From Protoeuglena noctilucae (Eukaryota): a stretch of DNA of 64,000 nucleotides. The stretch spans positions 1,364,001 to 1,428,000 of the forward strand of contig OY253670.1 in the NCBI GenBank assembly GCA_958009085.1, given 5' to 3'. The notes beneath the pieces are model-generated. The model ran no database searches, was not told the DNA's origin, and saw only the letters and a list, made by a program, of their open reading frames with translations. This document shows, one piece after another, positions 14,723 to 30,690 of the stretch. Position 1 is the first letter of the stretch; each line of letters opens with the position of its first letter. Both the position numbers and the translations under genes were made by a program.

Positions 14723-15652
14723 ATGATCAAGCTCTTCTCCGTCAAGGACAAGCAAAAGAAGGAAGCGGAGGAGAAGAAGGAGGGGAAGAAGCAGACGCCG
14801 GGGGAGATCCGCCTGCAGAAGGGTGCGGGCGGGGAAGTGCAGCTCGTGTGACGTGCGCGGGCCGACGCACGCGCAGCTGCAACGCTCGCTGCCCCGCGCT
14901 CGCGCAGATATGTCGGAGCTGAACCTTGAAGGTAACACGACCATCGATTTCCCCGAAGGCCGCGACAAGCTCACGAGCTTCTACATCATCTTCAGCCCCG
15001 TGGACGGCATATATGCGGGCGGCACCTACACGTTCAGCTTCAACGTCGGCGCAGCGTATCCTCACGAGCCGCCCAAGGTGATGCCATGCATGCGGCCCCC
15101 GGGAGACGGGAGACTCCCTCGAGCTCTCGAGACCCCGCCGTACCCACCGCGCCCCAGGCCCAACGCGCCTTCGCTGGGGCTGCTCGTCGACTCGCGCCCC
15201 CTTGCCGTCGCAGGTCAAGTGCTTGACCAAGGTGTATCACCCGAACATCGACCTGGAGGGCAACGTGTGCCTGAACATCCTCCGTGAGGACTGGAAGCCG
15301 GTGCTGTCCATCAACTCCATCATCTACGGCCTCCAGGTGGGCGTCGCGCGGCGGGGAGTGCCCGGGCGCAGGCAGGGATGCCCTGCGTGCGGGCAGGCAC
15401 CGAGGGGCGCGCCGTGGGCCCTCGCAGTTCCTCATGACGGACCCGAACCCGGACGACCCGCTAAACCGGGAGGCAGCGGAGGCCATGCGCGCCAACCGCG
15501 CCGCGTTTGACGTCCTCGTGCGGCGGCTCGTGCGTTCGGGGGGTGAAGTGGGGGGCGAATACTTCCCAAAGTGTCAGGGTGAGTGCCTGCCTGCATCCAG
15601 AGGGGCCAGCTCTCACCCCTCTGGGCGACAAGCAGCGCACGCGCGTTCCTAG
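14723..15652 (+). CDS. UBC12: NEDD8/RUB-conjugating E2 enzyme
   Basis: MIKLFSVK docking peptide, [32 protein letters not shown]. Last exon uncertain. Confidence 0.93.
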
Positions 15653-16118
15653 GTACATGCAGCAGCTGTCCTCGACCCCGCCGCAGGGGTGACGCTCAAG
15701 CCTCGGTGACGACGGCCTCACTGGGCTGTGCGACCCTGCCGGCCCCGGCGCGCCTCGTCAGGGATTTGTGGCTCTCAGGGCTCGATTCTCCCACAGCCAT
15801 TCGTCCCAAATAAATCGCACTGTTGAAAGAACAATTCAAGCCCCATCTTGGAGGTGCCTTTATCCATGCCACCCACGCAAGGCGCAGCGTGAAGAGCGTA
15901 GAGCCAGGGACAAGCGCGATGCATCCCCCGGCACGGCACGGGCAAGAGAGCGGCGCGGCCTGGCAGCTGCCTGCAATGCTATGGCCAGCTCGGCGGCACT
16001 GGCGCAAGGAGTCGTGGGCCTCGCCAATATCAACCGCACCGCAGGTCCGGTGTCATGACGCGAGCAAACCAGAAGAGGCAAAGAACTCGTGGGTCGCTGC
16101 TTAAGCAATGCGGGCGCC

Positions 16119-18359
<2,241 letters not shown>

Positions 18360-18687
18360 CTCGACCCGTCTCGTGCGCTGGGGCCCGGGTTCGCTCCGAT
18401 CGGATTGCAGCGCAGCAGGGGAAAAGCAGGATGATGGCCGCGCGCCGCCGGGCGGCGGTCGCTTGCCGGGTACCGAGCTCGTTGCACTGGCACCCAGATC
18501 CTGCGCGTCATGCGCTTCAGCAACGCCCGGCTCGTCGTTCAATAGTTACATCTTGATCCCTGCGACGCTGGCGCGCCGCGCCGGGGCATCTGACGCGCAC
18601 TCCCAACATCCCTTCGCCACTCGGCCCACCCCCTCGCCACGAAGTGTCGGGAGGCCGTCGTCGTGTGGCCCTCGTGGTCGGGGCAGC

Positions 18688-20642
18688 ATGGAGGGCTCCG
18701 GGGCGTCCGCCACGAGCAGGAACCCTGCCGTGAAGCGCGTCCTGCAGGTGCCCCGCGCTTTTGCGCTGACCGTGGGAAGCGAGGCCTCAGATGTCTCCCG
18801 CATTCTGCGAGCCCTGCCCCTGGTGGCCCTGGCAGACGCGCGTAGCGCCTTCGAGTGGCCCAAGGCCCCCGCCCTCTGGCGAACAGGGGACAGGAGCGCG
18901 CGCCTCCGTTTCCTCGCAGGAAATTCGCGAGCTACAGCGCGAACAGTCGAAGGAGTTTGCGGCCGAGGCGCTCGAGAGCAATCTCTTCGAGTGGATTTTT
19001 GCCATCCGCGGCCCGCTGGGCTCGCCGTTCGAGGGTGGCATCTACGTGGGCCGAATCATGCTCCCACACAACTACCCTATGGCCCCGCCGTCGTTCATGT
19101 TCATGACAGCCAACGGGTGGGCTGCCACCTCGCACCGACACCCACGCTACGCACAAGGCCACGGGCAATGACGGGAGACCCACGTGGACGTCCCTCCCCC
19201 CTGTGGCGCAGACGTTTTGAGCGAGGGGCGAAGATATGCCTGTCTATCTCCCAGCACCACCCGGAGGAGTGGCAGCCGTCGTGGGGAGTGCGCACCGCCC
19301 TCACCGCACTGGTGCCCTTCCTCGCGACCCCCGGCAACGGGGCCCTGGGCTCCCTGGACATGCCGGACGACGACCGCCGCGCGCTCGCGGCCCAGTCGCG
19401 GCTCGCCCCGCCCAACATGGGGTCCCCGGAGGGCCAGACCGTCGCATCCAGGTGCCAGACCGACTGCCCCCGCCGCACGTCTGGGCAACATGGGCGTCTT
19501 CGGCGCGATGAGTGACCCCCCTCATCTTCCTCTTCCTTTCCCAGGCTCCACCGCTACATGCTAGAGACAGAGGACGACTACATCCGGCAGCACACGGGCG
19601 TACCCCAGCCGGCGCCCTCCGATGCGGCCCAGGGGGGCGCCGCGACTGGCCAGGTGCTCGCCAGTGCCTCGGACCGCCGCACGGCAGCCGCGGAGGCGGC
19701 TGAGCGTCGCCTGAGGCACGCAGCGGCCCATGAAACAGAAGCTCAGCCGGAGGGGGCCCCAACGCAGGGGGAGGGTGCACAGGAGGCTCGGCAGGTGGAT
19801 GGGCCCCACAGCGACTCGCCCGCATCGAGCGCCGCGGCCGCTGGAGTCAGTCCCCGAAACTCGTTGAGCCGGAAGCTGTTCCGCCCCCGGACGGAGGGCC
19901 CGCGAGACCCTTTGGGGGGGCCTGGGAGTTCGTGGCCGGGGCGCTCCGAGGGGGCGGCCGTCGTGACCGGTGGTGCGGCAGAAACGGCCGCAGATGTGGC
20001 GCGCGATGTCCCGGAGGCGGGCGCGTCGCACGTGAGGGCTTCACATGGCACCGTCAGCGCGGGGACGGGGCCTGTTTTCGAGAGCCAGACGGAGACCAGG
20101 GAGGCGGCGTGGCGTCCCGCGCAAGATGCGGCACGTCGACGGGTCGCGGGCCGGAGCATCGACGTGACGGGTGCTGACGCTGGGGCGCAAGGCGATGTCC
20201 CTGACCTCACTGGAGCGAGGCCGGGAGAGGAGGGGTGAGCACCCGGTCGCATGGATACGCGCACCGACGCTTGCTGTGATGGGATCCGCTTGATAGGCCG
20301 ACATGGCGCGCTTTCGCCCGCAGGAACGGGGCGGACGGGGATGGCGCCGGTCCGCTGCAGCCGGAGGGTGGTCGCAGGAATATGCAAGCCGGCGCTGGTC
20401 AGATCATCCAGACAAATGCGTACGGCGCCATGATCAGGCAAGCGCTTCTGCTCGGTGCTCATGCTGCCCTGCCAGCGACGGCCGCATGCTGACGGGCAAC
20501 CCCAGTTGCCCGCAGTCCCGAAACAGGCCGCGTGGACCGCATCGACGCCACGCTGACCATCGTGTTGTACGTGCTGCTCCTCTGCATCTTCGTTTTGGCA
20601 GGCAACGTGGCGAGGCGCATTATGTCCCTGGACATCGCATAG
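18688..20642 (+). CDS. Tail-anchored ubiquitin-conjugating enzyme, UBE2J1/UBC32 type
   Basis: NLFEWIFAIRGP, YPMAPP, NGRFE..KICLSISQHHPEEWQPSW; C-terminal TM TLTIVLYVLLLCIFVLAG reached through GC-AG intron 20438-20515. Confidence 0.88.
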
Positions 20643-20956
20643 AGCTGGTTCAAAGCAAAGCAGCACATGCGTCAGCGCGCGGCGCGGCCCTCCGCTAGCC
20701 AGTACATGTCCCGTGACAAGCATGTCCCGTGACCAACCGAGGCTGCTGCCCAGGGCCCCGCCACCGCTGGCGCTGCTCGCGGCAGACGCCGTGGCCCCCC
20801 ACACAAAGCCATAGAGTCATTCTAGTCAGTACGTCACGCGAGCGTCCTGTAGCTCGCCCCGCAGCTCCTGCTCCCCCCGCAAAAGACCCCAACATTGCAA
20901 GCGGCCGACGCCCCGGCCAGGAACCCCGGCCCCCTGGCCCGCCAGGTCAGGCGGGC

Positions 20957-23386
20957 TCACTTGCCGGAGCCGTACATCGAGTTGAAGCTCGACTGCTGGT
21001 TGGGCATGGCCGGCGGCATGCTGTAGCCGTACCCGCCGTAGTTGTTCGTGTAGTTGCCGTAGCCCGAGCCCTGCTGCGGGTACGCCCCGTCCTTGCCGGA
21101 GAAGCCCGACACGGGCGCGGCCTCCTCCGCGCCGTAGCCGCCGCCATAGGCGTAGCCGCTGTTGTAGAAGGAGGGCGTGCCCTGGCCGCCCTTCTGGCCG
21201 GGGCCGGAGGGGTAGCCCTGGTTGGGGAAGCCCGACGACGCCTGCGCGGGGTAGGGCGTCCCGTAGCCCTGCGGCCCGCCGGGGCCGTACTGCTGGCCGT
21301 AGTACATGCCGGGGAACCCCATGTTGGGGTACATGTTGCCGTACATGCCGTAGGCCATCGGCGTCTGCTGGAAGGGCACGCCGTGCCCCATCTGCGGGAC
21401 GCCGCTCGCGCCGGCCAGCGAGCCGGGGGCCTCGGACGCCGTCACGTTGGGGTTGCTGCCGGCGTTCCCGCCGAACTTGCCCGAGCCGGGCGCCTGGCTG
21501 CCCGTGGCCGCCTGGGACGTGGAGGGCGCCGCGGTGCCCTGCCCGTAGTTGCGCGAGTAGGGGTTCAGGCCGCCGTACGAGGGCTGGAAGCTCGGCTGGG
21601 CCGACTGAGACGGGGCAGCCTGCGCGGGCTGCGGCGGGGCCGGCTGCACCTGGGCCTGCGAGCGCGGGGAATGGGGCCAGGTCACTTCCCGACGGGGTGC
21701 CCACCGCAGGGGGCGAGGGGCAGGGGCGTGAGCCTTGCCTGGGCGGGCTCGGGGGCGGCGCTGGAGCCCATGCCGAAGTTGTTGTAGCCGCCAAAGTAGG
21801 ACGGCGTGGAGCCCTGCATGCCGTAGTAGTTGGCGTACTGGCCGGCCTGGTAACCGCCCAGGCCCGGCTGCTGCTGGGGCTGCTGCTGCTGCTGCGCCGA
21901 CGCCTGGACCGTCTGGGTCTGGGCGCTGGCCGCCGCGGGCTGCCGAGGCTTGGGGGGTGCCGGGGCGTCCGAGGGCCCCACGCCCACGCCCACAGACGAC
22001 GCCGCAGGGGCGGCCTCAGCGGCGGCAGTGGCGGCGGCGGCGGCGTGGTTGAGTCCGAAGGTCGAGAAGGCGCTCGTGTCGACCGCGGGGGCCGTGGAGG
22101 CCGCCGCCGTGTCCCGCACGAGGGACAGGCCCCCGAACTGCACGTCCAGGCCGCCCGTGGAGGACGGTTGGAGCGAGGGCGGCAGGCTCAGCACGCCGCT
22201 GGTCGAAACCGCGGCGGCCGCGGCCTTCGAAGGGGCGTCCGCGGACCCGGACGACGTCTGCTGCGGCACTGCGGGGGCGCATTGGGGGTGGTGCCTCCAG
22301 GGTCAAGGGTCACAGCTGGCAAGGCTCCTAGCCAGCCGGCCGCTGCCGCTACTCGCCCATCCTCACCGGCGGCTGCCTCGGCCTCAATCTCCTCGTGGCG
22401 GTACGCGTGGTGGTCGGCGGAGCCGAGGAGGCTCGTGATGTCCTGCTCGACACTCGTGCCCTGGTCTGACTCCTTGGAGGGCTCGGCGGGCGCCGGCGCC
22501 TTCGCGGCGCGCCCGCGGATGATGTCGGCCATCGAGGGAGGGGCGGCCTTGCGCGGCGCGGGGGCGGCCGCGGCGTCGGCGGCCGCCGGCGCAGCCGCAG
22601 CGTCGCCGTTGGCCACCACCACCTCGGCCACCTTGACCTCGCCGGCGGCCTCCTCCCCCTCCGCGCGGCGCGGCTGCGGCCTCCGGCGGTTCTGCGCCTC
22701 GCGGTTCTCGCGCGCGCGCCGCTGCGCCTCCTGTCGAGCCAGCTGAGCAGCCTTCCGGTCCTCCGCCTCCCTCTCCTGCGGCAAGCGCCGGGATCGCACG
22801 CGTTCCGACGTCGTCTCTGCCAACTACCGCATCGCTCCAATCGCACGGCCATTCCCGAGCGCGCCACCGCGCCTCTGGGGTCGCGCGCGTCCCCCCGGAC
22901 ACTCCGCAGCAGCACACCGCAGCCTCCGCGCTCCCGAGCGCGCCTCACCAGCCGCCGCTGCTCGGCCTTGTCCTTCTTGGACATCACCTCCTGGAACGGC
23001 GCGACTGCGGGCACCAAGGCGGCGCGGGTGGGCGCGGGACGGGGTACCGAGGGCCGAGGGCGGGAACCGCGCGATTGCGGCGGGGGAGGGTCGAGGGGCC
23101 CCCGCAGCGCCCCTCCCACGACCATCAGCCAATTAAGACGAGGACGCAACGCCGCAGCCCTGTTCACCCCCCTGCGCGCCGTTCCCAAAACGGGCCTTCG
23201 AGCCGGCTCGCCTTCGAACAGCTTGTTGGATGCCTCGATGATGTCGCCGCCGGCATCCCGCAGAATCTGCTTGATCTCATCGCGCGAGTGTCCCGTGCCG
23301 AGCTGCGCCAGCTGATCGATGGCGTCCTTGCTGCTCAGCCGGGCCCCCCCTCCCTGGCCGGCGCCTCCCTTCCGCTGCCCGGACAT
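20957..23386 (-). CDS. GIP1-N (DUF1296)/UBA-like protein with G/Y/Q-rich low-complexity tail (UBAP2-like)
   Basis: DEIKQILRDAGGDIIEASNKL..PFQEVMSKKDK; LDVQFGGLSL; Y/G/N/Q-rich last exon. Two GC-AG introns. Confidence 0.72.
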
Positions 23387-24120
23387 CCCTGCGGAGCAAC
23401 CGCGGCGATGCCCGTCAAATCGCGGGCGCTGGAAGGCGGGGACGGCGCAGAGCGGGCCGGGCAGCCGGAGCGGCCGGGCGCCAGGAGAGCGCGCCGCGAG
23501 ATCGGGGGCGCCCGACACCGGGCTCGGCTCATCCCCCCTGTCGATGCCGATGCAGTGCGGCGCGGCCGTGTCGCCCCGCGACCCAGGGCGACGCGGGGGG
23601 GAGCTGGGCGTTGGCACCGTGCTCCCGTCGCGGGGGCGCGATTCCGCGGCCCCGCTGCCCCCCCAGTCGCTGTCGGAGCCGGCACGGCCCCGCTGGGCAA
23701 TGCGCGGGCCCCTCGCCTGGTCCGGTCTGCGAGCCCGTGCGTGGGGGACGCCCTTCCGCTCCTCGGAGTCGGATGAATCAGTCGATGAGCGACGGTGGGA
23801 AAAAGCGACACAGTGCGCATCTGTGGCGATCGGTGGCAGGGCGCCATCGCAACGACGGCGCGAAAGCAAGCGCTGGCAGCGAAACCGCCAGTAGTGCTTG
23901 GGCTCCTCGTGCCAAAAGTGCTTCTCCCCTCGCTGTGTAGGCAGCGACGAGGATATGGCGACGATCCGTGCATCCCGCTGCGGAGTTGCTGAGGCGCTGC
24001 CTTTCTTTTGTCCCCATTGACAGGAAGAACTGCTGCGCACCCCTGCAGGGCCCCCGGTGCGCTTGGCGCCCGCTCGGAGATAACGCAGCGCCACTGTAGG
24101 AGGACGGCCGTCCTGGAGCC

Positions 24121-26978
24121 ATGGCTTCGAAGCGCAAGGTCAGGGGCTTGGGTTGGGGGCGCACCGCGCCACGGCTGCGGCGCGTGACAGAACAAGTCGG
24201 AGGCGCCCTTTGCAAATGCGCTGCTGCATGCCTTGTTCGTATGGATCTGTAGCTCGGGAGGCGTGATCCCTGCTTCGCATGCGGGTGACGGCCCTCGCAC
24301 CCCCCCCAGAGGGCCCCGGGCTCGTTCCGGCTTTCCTGTCGCCACCCTGGCATGTTACCCGCCGGTGGATCACGCGATGCTCCTCGGGCAAGCTGGTCCG
24401 CTCATCTTTTGCCCCGATGCGCGCGGCCTGGACGCGTGGCGCCGACGGTGCTGCGGGTCGGCGTGGCGCGATCCTCGGCCCGACCCGGGTGGCCCGGGGC
24501 GCTCCAGCACGTCCCGCGTGCCGTTTACGGCACGATCGTTTGCGTTGCAACGCCTCTGCGCCTGCGCGCCGTCGCGTCGTCCCCCCTCGCTCGTCTCTGT
24601 GACCACCTCCCAGCTGGCCCCGCCCCCACAGCGTGCCTTCGCCCGCGCCGCAGATCTCCTACTTTTACGATTCCGACATCGGGAACTACTACTATGGCCC
24701 GGGCCACCCCATGAAGCCGCACCGGGTGCGCATGGCCCACATGCTCGTGCTCCACTACGGCCTCTACAAGAGCATGAAGTGCCTCGCCCCCGTGCCCGCG
24801 GACGCCGTGGACATGACGCGCTTCCACAAGAAGGAGTACATCGACTTCCTTTCCAAGGCGAGACGCCCTGCTGGGGGGGCTGGGGGGGCGCGACGGCGGC
24901 GTGCGATGGTGTGGCTGGGCACGTCGCTGTGCCGACCCGCTGGAGCCGTCGTGGGCGCAGGCGAGCCCCGACGGAGAGCATCGCTCGGAGCGCCGGCAGT
25001 TCAACCTGGCGGGCGACGACTGCCCCGTCTTCGATGGCCTGTGGCCCTACTGCCGCTCGTACGTGGGCGCGACCCTCGGGGGCGCCGTGGAGCTCAACTC
25101 GGGCGCCGCGGACATCGTCGTCAACTGGTCCGGGGGTCTGCACCACGCCCACAAGGCGGAGGCGTCGGGCTTCTGCTACGTCAACGACATTGTGCTCGGC
25201 ATCCTCGAGCTCCTGCGCTACCACCGCCGCGTGCTCTACATCGACATCGGTGAGACCGAGTGCCGGCGCGCTCCCTGCGGCCCTCGGCTAGTGGGCTGCC
25301 TGTCAGCAGCATGGCCTCGTTGATTGCCTTGTTGGAGCTGGAAGTCGAACACGCACCCCTCGGGACCCCCCCCAGACCTCCACCACGGGGACGGCGTGGA
25401 GGAGGCCTTCTACACGACGGACCGCGTGATGACTGTGTCCTTCCACAAGTACGGCGACTTCTTCCCGGGAACAGGGGACATCGACGAGGTCGGGGAGGGC
25501 AAGGGCCGTGGGTACAGCCTCAACGTGCCCCTGTCGGACGGCATCACCGACGAGGCGTACGTCTGGCTCTTCAAGACGGTCATGAAGGCGAGGGGTCGGA
25601 AGTCTCGGCCTCAAGCCGCGGGGGGCGGCTGCGGCCGCGGCTGTGGCCCACGAAGCCGAGCGGCTCTCTCAATCTCTGCGCCCGCAGAAGGTCGTGGAGG
25701 TGTTTGACCCCGAGGCGATCGTGTTTCAGGCTGGGGCCGACAGCCTGGTGGGCGACAAGCTCGGGTGCTTCAACCTCACGACGCGGGGGCACGGCGAGTG
25801 CCTCAAGTTCATGCGGAGCTTCAACCTCCCCATGCAGGCGAGGGCGAGGTGCGAGGCGGAGCGTCGAACAACCCACGTGTCGTTTGTTCCAAAACCCCGT
25901 CTGCGCCAGCGACGCAGGTGCTGGGGGGTGGGGGGTACACGATCCGCAACGTGGCGCGGTGCTGGGCGTACGAAACGGCCATTGCGGTGGGCCAGGAGGA
26001 CCAGGTCGGGCCGCAGGTGCCCTCCCACGCCTTCTTCGGTGAGATTAAGCGCGGGGCGTGGTGGCGGCGCCGGGGCCGGGCAAGACCTGCCATGACGCGG
26101 CCGCGCCCGCACGCATGCACCCACGCAGAGTACTATGGCCCTGACTACGAGCTGCATGTCCGCCCGGACCCCGGCCGCAAGGACGAGAACGACCGCGAGG
26201 TGCTCGACAAGGTGGTGGCCCGTGTGCTGGAGCGTCTGTCGCGTCTGGGGGGCCCCCCGAGCACGGAGCTGAAGGAGCGGCCCGAGTCGCTGATCAACGA
26301 CGAGGTGGAAGTGCGACCCAAGGCGAGGCGCTGGGGGATGGCCAGCGGACGTGATGCGGGGTCGGTGGGCGCACGAGCAGGAGCAGCAACTTGCATCGCC
26401 CGGCGCCCTCGCAGAAGGAGGACCCGGACCAGCGGCCTTCCATCCTGGGAATGGCGCAGGGCGCGCGTGGCCCGGGGGAAGTGCATTTGGACGACTACGA
26501 GGGGCCGGAGGAGAAGCCGAGCAGGCACAGGGACGACGGGAGCACTGCGGAGGCCCCCGGCACATCGCGGGGCGGGAGCGGGGAGGCGGGCGCAGGGGTG
26601 GTGAACGGTCGGGGAGAGCAGGGCGGGCATGGCGCGGAGGGGGGTCAGAAGGCGGAGGGCGAGGGGCTGGGTCCGCGCGGCAGTGGGGCCGAGCCGCCGG
26701 AGCCCCTCCCCGGCGTTGGTGCGGCGGACGGTGCCGGCGGCACGCGGCGTGTGGGATGCAGCAGAATCATCGCCCTGTGCGCGCACTGACGAGCGTGCGC
26801 TTGGTGCCGTGCAGGTCCCAGTCAGGACGGCAACCCCGGGGAGGGGCAGCCTACGCGTGTGTCTGTGGTGGGGAGCGCGTCGCCGGCTGAGGAGGACGTC
26901 GAGATGGCGGACGGCGCAGAGGGTGGGGCGGATGCGCAGGGTGACTCCAGGGGCAAGGGAGGGGAGGGCAACGCATAG
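24121..26978 (+). CDS. Class I histone deacetylase (RPD3/HDAC1/HDA19 type)
   Basis: [72 protein letters not shown]. 515-nt first intron; at least three GC-AG introns. Confidence 0.95.
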
Positions 26979-27109
26979 ACTGGGCATAGACTGGTGACGC
27001 CTGCACTGGGTGCCCAGGACGAGCCAAGAGCGACAGAGGAGGGCACCTTGTTTGCTACGACGTCAGCAAGATTGAATGAGGACTAGGTTTCGCGAGCGCA
27101 TTGCAGTGG

Positions 27110-28018
27110 CTAGGACTCGAGGACGGTTTCTTGCGTGCCGAAGTGGACGTGGTTGCGGGCAAAGTCCTTCACCACCACGCAGAGGCGAGCATGCACCATG
27201 CCACGCGACTCGGTCTGCAGGAGGAAGCGCTCGCCTGCGAGCAGAGGGGGTGCAGTGCGGGCGGGCGTCGCGTGTGGCCCCATCGCCCCCCTTCCTGGAC
27301 CCACAGTGCTCGGCGCGCACCTGGCTTGTAGACCACCTGGCTGTGCTTCAAGCGAGGGTGCCCCCCGACGAAGAAGGACTTGTACGCGTCCATGCCCAAT
27401 CCTTGGGGAATCCATGTGGGGCACGAGACGTGGTGGGCGCCGGGGGCGCAGGGGACGTGGCAGAACCTGCGGCTGGGGTCTCGGTGCGTCAGCCAGCCAA
27501 CGCCATGTCTGCGAGGGTCTCCAAGAGCACAGCCAGCCCCGGCCAGGGGTCACCCGTAGCCGCAGATGTCGGTGCGGCCTCCGTCGTCGAGCTCCCACAC
27601 CTCGAAGAAGAGCCTGGGCCAGCCCGTCAGGCCCTGTGTGAGCGAATGAGCTCCGTTGCGCCCAGGATAGGGCTTTGGACAAGGTGGTTTGGCGTGGGTG
27701 GGATGGCGCGGGCAAGCACACTCGCGCACCTTGCATACGAGGTGGACGTCGATGGGGTGCGCCCACACCGCCATGTCGGCGTCCCCGGGGTGGTCCACCT
27801 GCGTCTGCCCCGAGTCCAACCCCTCGATGACCTCCCACCCTGATCCCGCCGTCATGGCCCACTGCGGACGGACGTGCGGGGCTTTCCTACCGTGTCTGTG
27901 CAAGTGCAGGCGCGACACCTTTCCCCACGGAAGCAAACGCTCGCACCTTGCAGAAGACGTTCCGCCCCTCGAACCCCGTCGCCCCCTGCAGCTCCCCCAC
28001 GATGTGCAGCTCGGCCAT
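27110..28018 (-). CDS. B9D2: Ciliary transition-zone protein B9D2/MKSR2
   Basis: MAELHIVGEL..GATGF, GQTQVD, WAHPIDVH, GWPRL, FFVGGHPRL. Four GT-AG introns. Confidence 0.9.
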
Positions 28019-28489
28019 GGTGCCGCCCCCCGTGCGACGCCGTGAACGGCACGCCCTGCCCTCGGCCGCCCAGACGTCAGGGAGGGGCCACGACCGCGGG
28101 CGGAGGAACAAAGCTCGTCGCGCGAGCGCTGAAAGCAATTCAAATGTATCTGTGCACTGCTCTCCCCGGCTGGCGCGGTGCTCTCGGATATGACGACGAC
28201 TTCGGATGGCCGGCGTCCTAAGACGTCTCTACTGGGAGACGGCGCGCTCGGAGAGCTCGGAGACCGTTCCTCGAATGCCCTCGTCTGAAACCATGGGGAG
28301 CGAGCAGGCGACGCAAAGCACACACTCGGGGGCTGCCGGGCTCAGAAGAAATCGAGCTCCAGGCCTGCGACCCTGTCTGGCTCGCCGTTATCTCGATCGG
28401 CCCCGGGGCCCACGTTTTTGCCCCGACCCTCACACCCGAGGTCGCGCGCCGGCCGAGGCGAGGATTGGGAACCGAGCACGGAGAGGGAG

Positions 28490-30690
28490 ATGCAGATATC
28501 GTCGACGGCTGCTCAGGTATCGCGCTCGCGACGGGGGCGAGCGATGTTGCCCACGCCTTCGAGGCGCTGCAGCGAGTCGATGCGTCCGCGCCTGGCCCTG
28601 TTCGCGCGGTCACGAAACGGTTTCGTGTCGATTGATGCATGTGGGCTTTCATCGACGCAACATAGCACCCTTGCGAGGCACCCACCTCGTTGAGCTTCGC
28701 TGCGAGGTTCCGCGGCATGGCAGAGCCCATCCAAGACCACGACCCGCTGCTTCTTCCGCAGATCCATCGGGTCGCCTGCCACTCCAGGCGCCCGGCCCCG
28801 CGGCCCCAGCAGCTGGGTGCCGCGAGGGGAGTGGTGAGAGACTGGCGCACGGGGCGGCCCGCAGGCGATCATAACTCGGGCCGATGCGCTCTCGAAACTG
28901 TTGTAGCTTCGCCCGCCCTGCAGGTCCGACCCCGCCACTGTCCCTCTGCACAGCCGGACGGGGAGGTCTTGGTGCATGCTGCGGGTGATGATGGCCAGGC
29001 CCGTCGACCAAGCCTGGCAGCCAAGCTGGATGGTCAACCTGTCAAGGCAAGTCGCGAGGGCTGAGTCGTAGCCTGGCTCAGGGTGCGACGTGGTGGTTAT
29101 GACCCGCCTGAGCATGGCCCCCTCCGTGTGGGTGCAGCCCATGGGCCTGGCTGGCCGCGTGCTGAGCAAGATCGGTGGAGCTGGCAAGGCTGCCATCCTG
29201 GCGGGTCTCGCCATGACCACGGCGTCCCTGGCCATGCCGCCTAGCGCACAGGCCCGCACGCCTGTGGCTACTGCGGCTGCCCAGGACGCTGCGCCCTCCC
29301 GGGCCGCCCAGCCCCGTCGGGCTGACCCCGCCGTCAACCCGGTGGCGGAAGTGGCCAGCGGGCCGTCGGGCGGCGTGACGGTCGACTCGGGAAACACCGC
29401 ATGGGTGCTGACGTCGACCTCGCTTGTGCTGTTCATGACCCTCCCAGGGCTGGCTTTGTTCTACGGAGGCCTCGCGCGGCAGGGCACCGTGCTCACGGTG
29501 CTGGCGCAGTGCATGTTCGTGACGTCCATCGTCACGGTCCTGTGGACGCTGTTCGGCTACTCTCTGACCTTCTCTGACGCGGGGATGAAGGAGGGCGTGG
29601 TGTCGCTGGCGTCCTTCATCGGCAACATGGACAAGGCGCTGATGAAAGGCGTTGAGACGGGCATCGTGGGCACCATCCCGGAGTCCCTGTGGTTCTGCTT
29701 CCAGCTCACCTTCGCCATCATCACCCCCGCGCTCGTGGTGGGCGCCTTTGCCGAGCGCATGAAGTTCTCCGCCTCCATCCTCTTCCTCACGCTGTGGTCC
29801 TGCCTCGTCTACTACCCCGTCGGCCACATGGTCTGGGCCGGCCCGGGGTCCTTCCTCGGGGACCTGAACGCCCTGGACTTTGCCGGCGGCCTCGTGGTCC
29901 ACCTCACGTCGGGGGTCGCAGGCGAGCTTTGCTTGCTCCGGGGGCCGCCTGTGGGACCGCTGCCAAACGCGGGGCTCCAACCCGTCCTACCTCGGCCGTG
30001 CTCGCAGCCCTGGTCGCGGCGTTGATGGTGGGCCGCCGGCGCAAGGCGACGATGGCGCCCCACAACTTGCCGATGGCCGTCACGGGCGCTGGGATGCTGT
30101 GGGTCGGCTGGTTCGGCTTCAACGCGGGCTCGGCCGTGTCCGCGTCGACGGCTGCGGCCATGTCGATGGCTGTCACGCAGATGGCGGCAGCCTCCGCCGC
30201 GCTGGCGTGGAGCCTCACGGATTGGGTGCAGCACGGTCGGCCCAGCGTTGTCGGCCTCATCTCGGGCATCGTCGCGGGCCTCGTGGGCATCACGCCGTCG
30301 GCCGGGTTCGTGGGCCCCGTGGGTGGCCTGGCCATCGGCGCCATCACGGCCCTCCTGTGCCGCTTTTTCGTCGAAGTCGTCAAGCCCAAGTTCGGGTACG
30401 ACGACGCGCTGGACGTGGTTGGCGTGCACGGCGTCGGAGGCTTTGCGGGCAACGTCCTGGCCGGAGTGTTTGCGGCCCCCTACTTCGGGGGTAAGAACAT
30501 CGCCATGGGCATGGCCGCACAGACGGGCGTCCAGCTGATGGCCTCCCTCGTGGTCATCGGCTACACGGCAGTTGTCACGGCCGCCGTCCTGGCGGTGGTC
30601 GGCGCTGTCTGCGGCGGGCCCCGCGTGACGATCGAGGAGGAGACGTTCGGCATCGACATGGCGTCCCTGGGCGAGACCGCGTACCAGTGA
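28490..30690 (+). CDS. AMT: Ammonium transporter, AmtB/AMT2-MEP type, with long N-terminal targeting extension
   Basis: DSGNTAWVL..LFMTLPGLALFYGGL, FQLTFAIIT, DFAGGLVVH, WFGFNAGS, DDALDVVGVHG (twin His). Introns 28517-28761, 28834-28923, 29047-29137 (GC) and 29922-30007 (GC). N-terminal exons are less certain than the core. Confidence 0.92.

Noticed and set aside
24139..24653. Long first HDAC intron as a snoRNA host
   Set aside because: No convincing C/D or H/ACA boxes.
24851..24966. AGGCGAG at both ends of an HDAC intron, suggesting an introner target-site duplication
   Set aside because: Introns share no family-level similarity or terminal inverted repeats; the repeat mostly reflects splice consensus.
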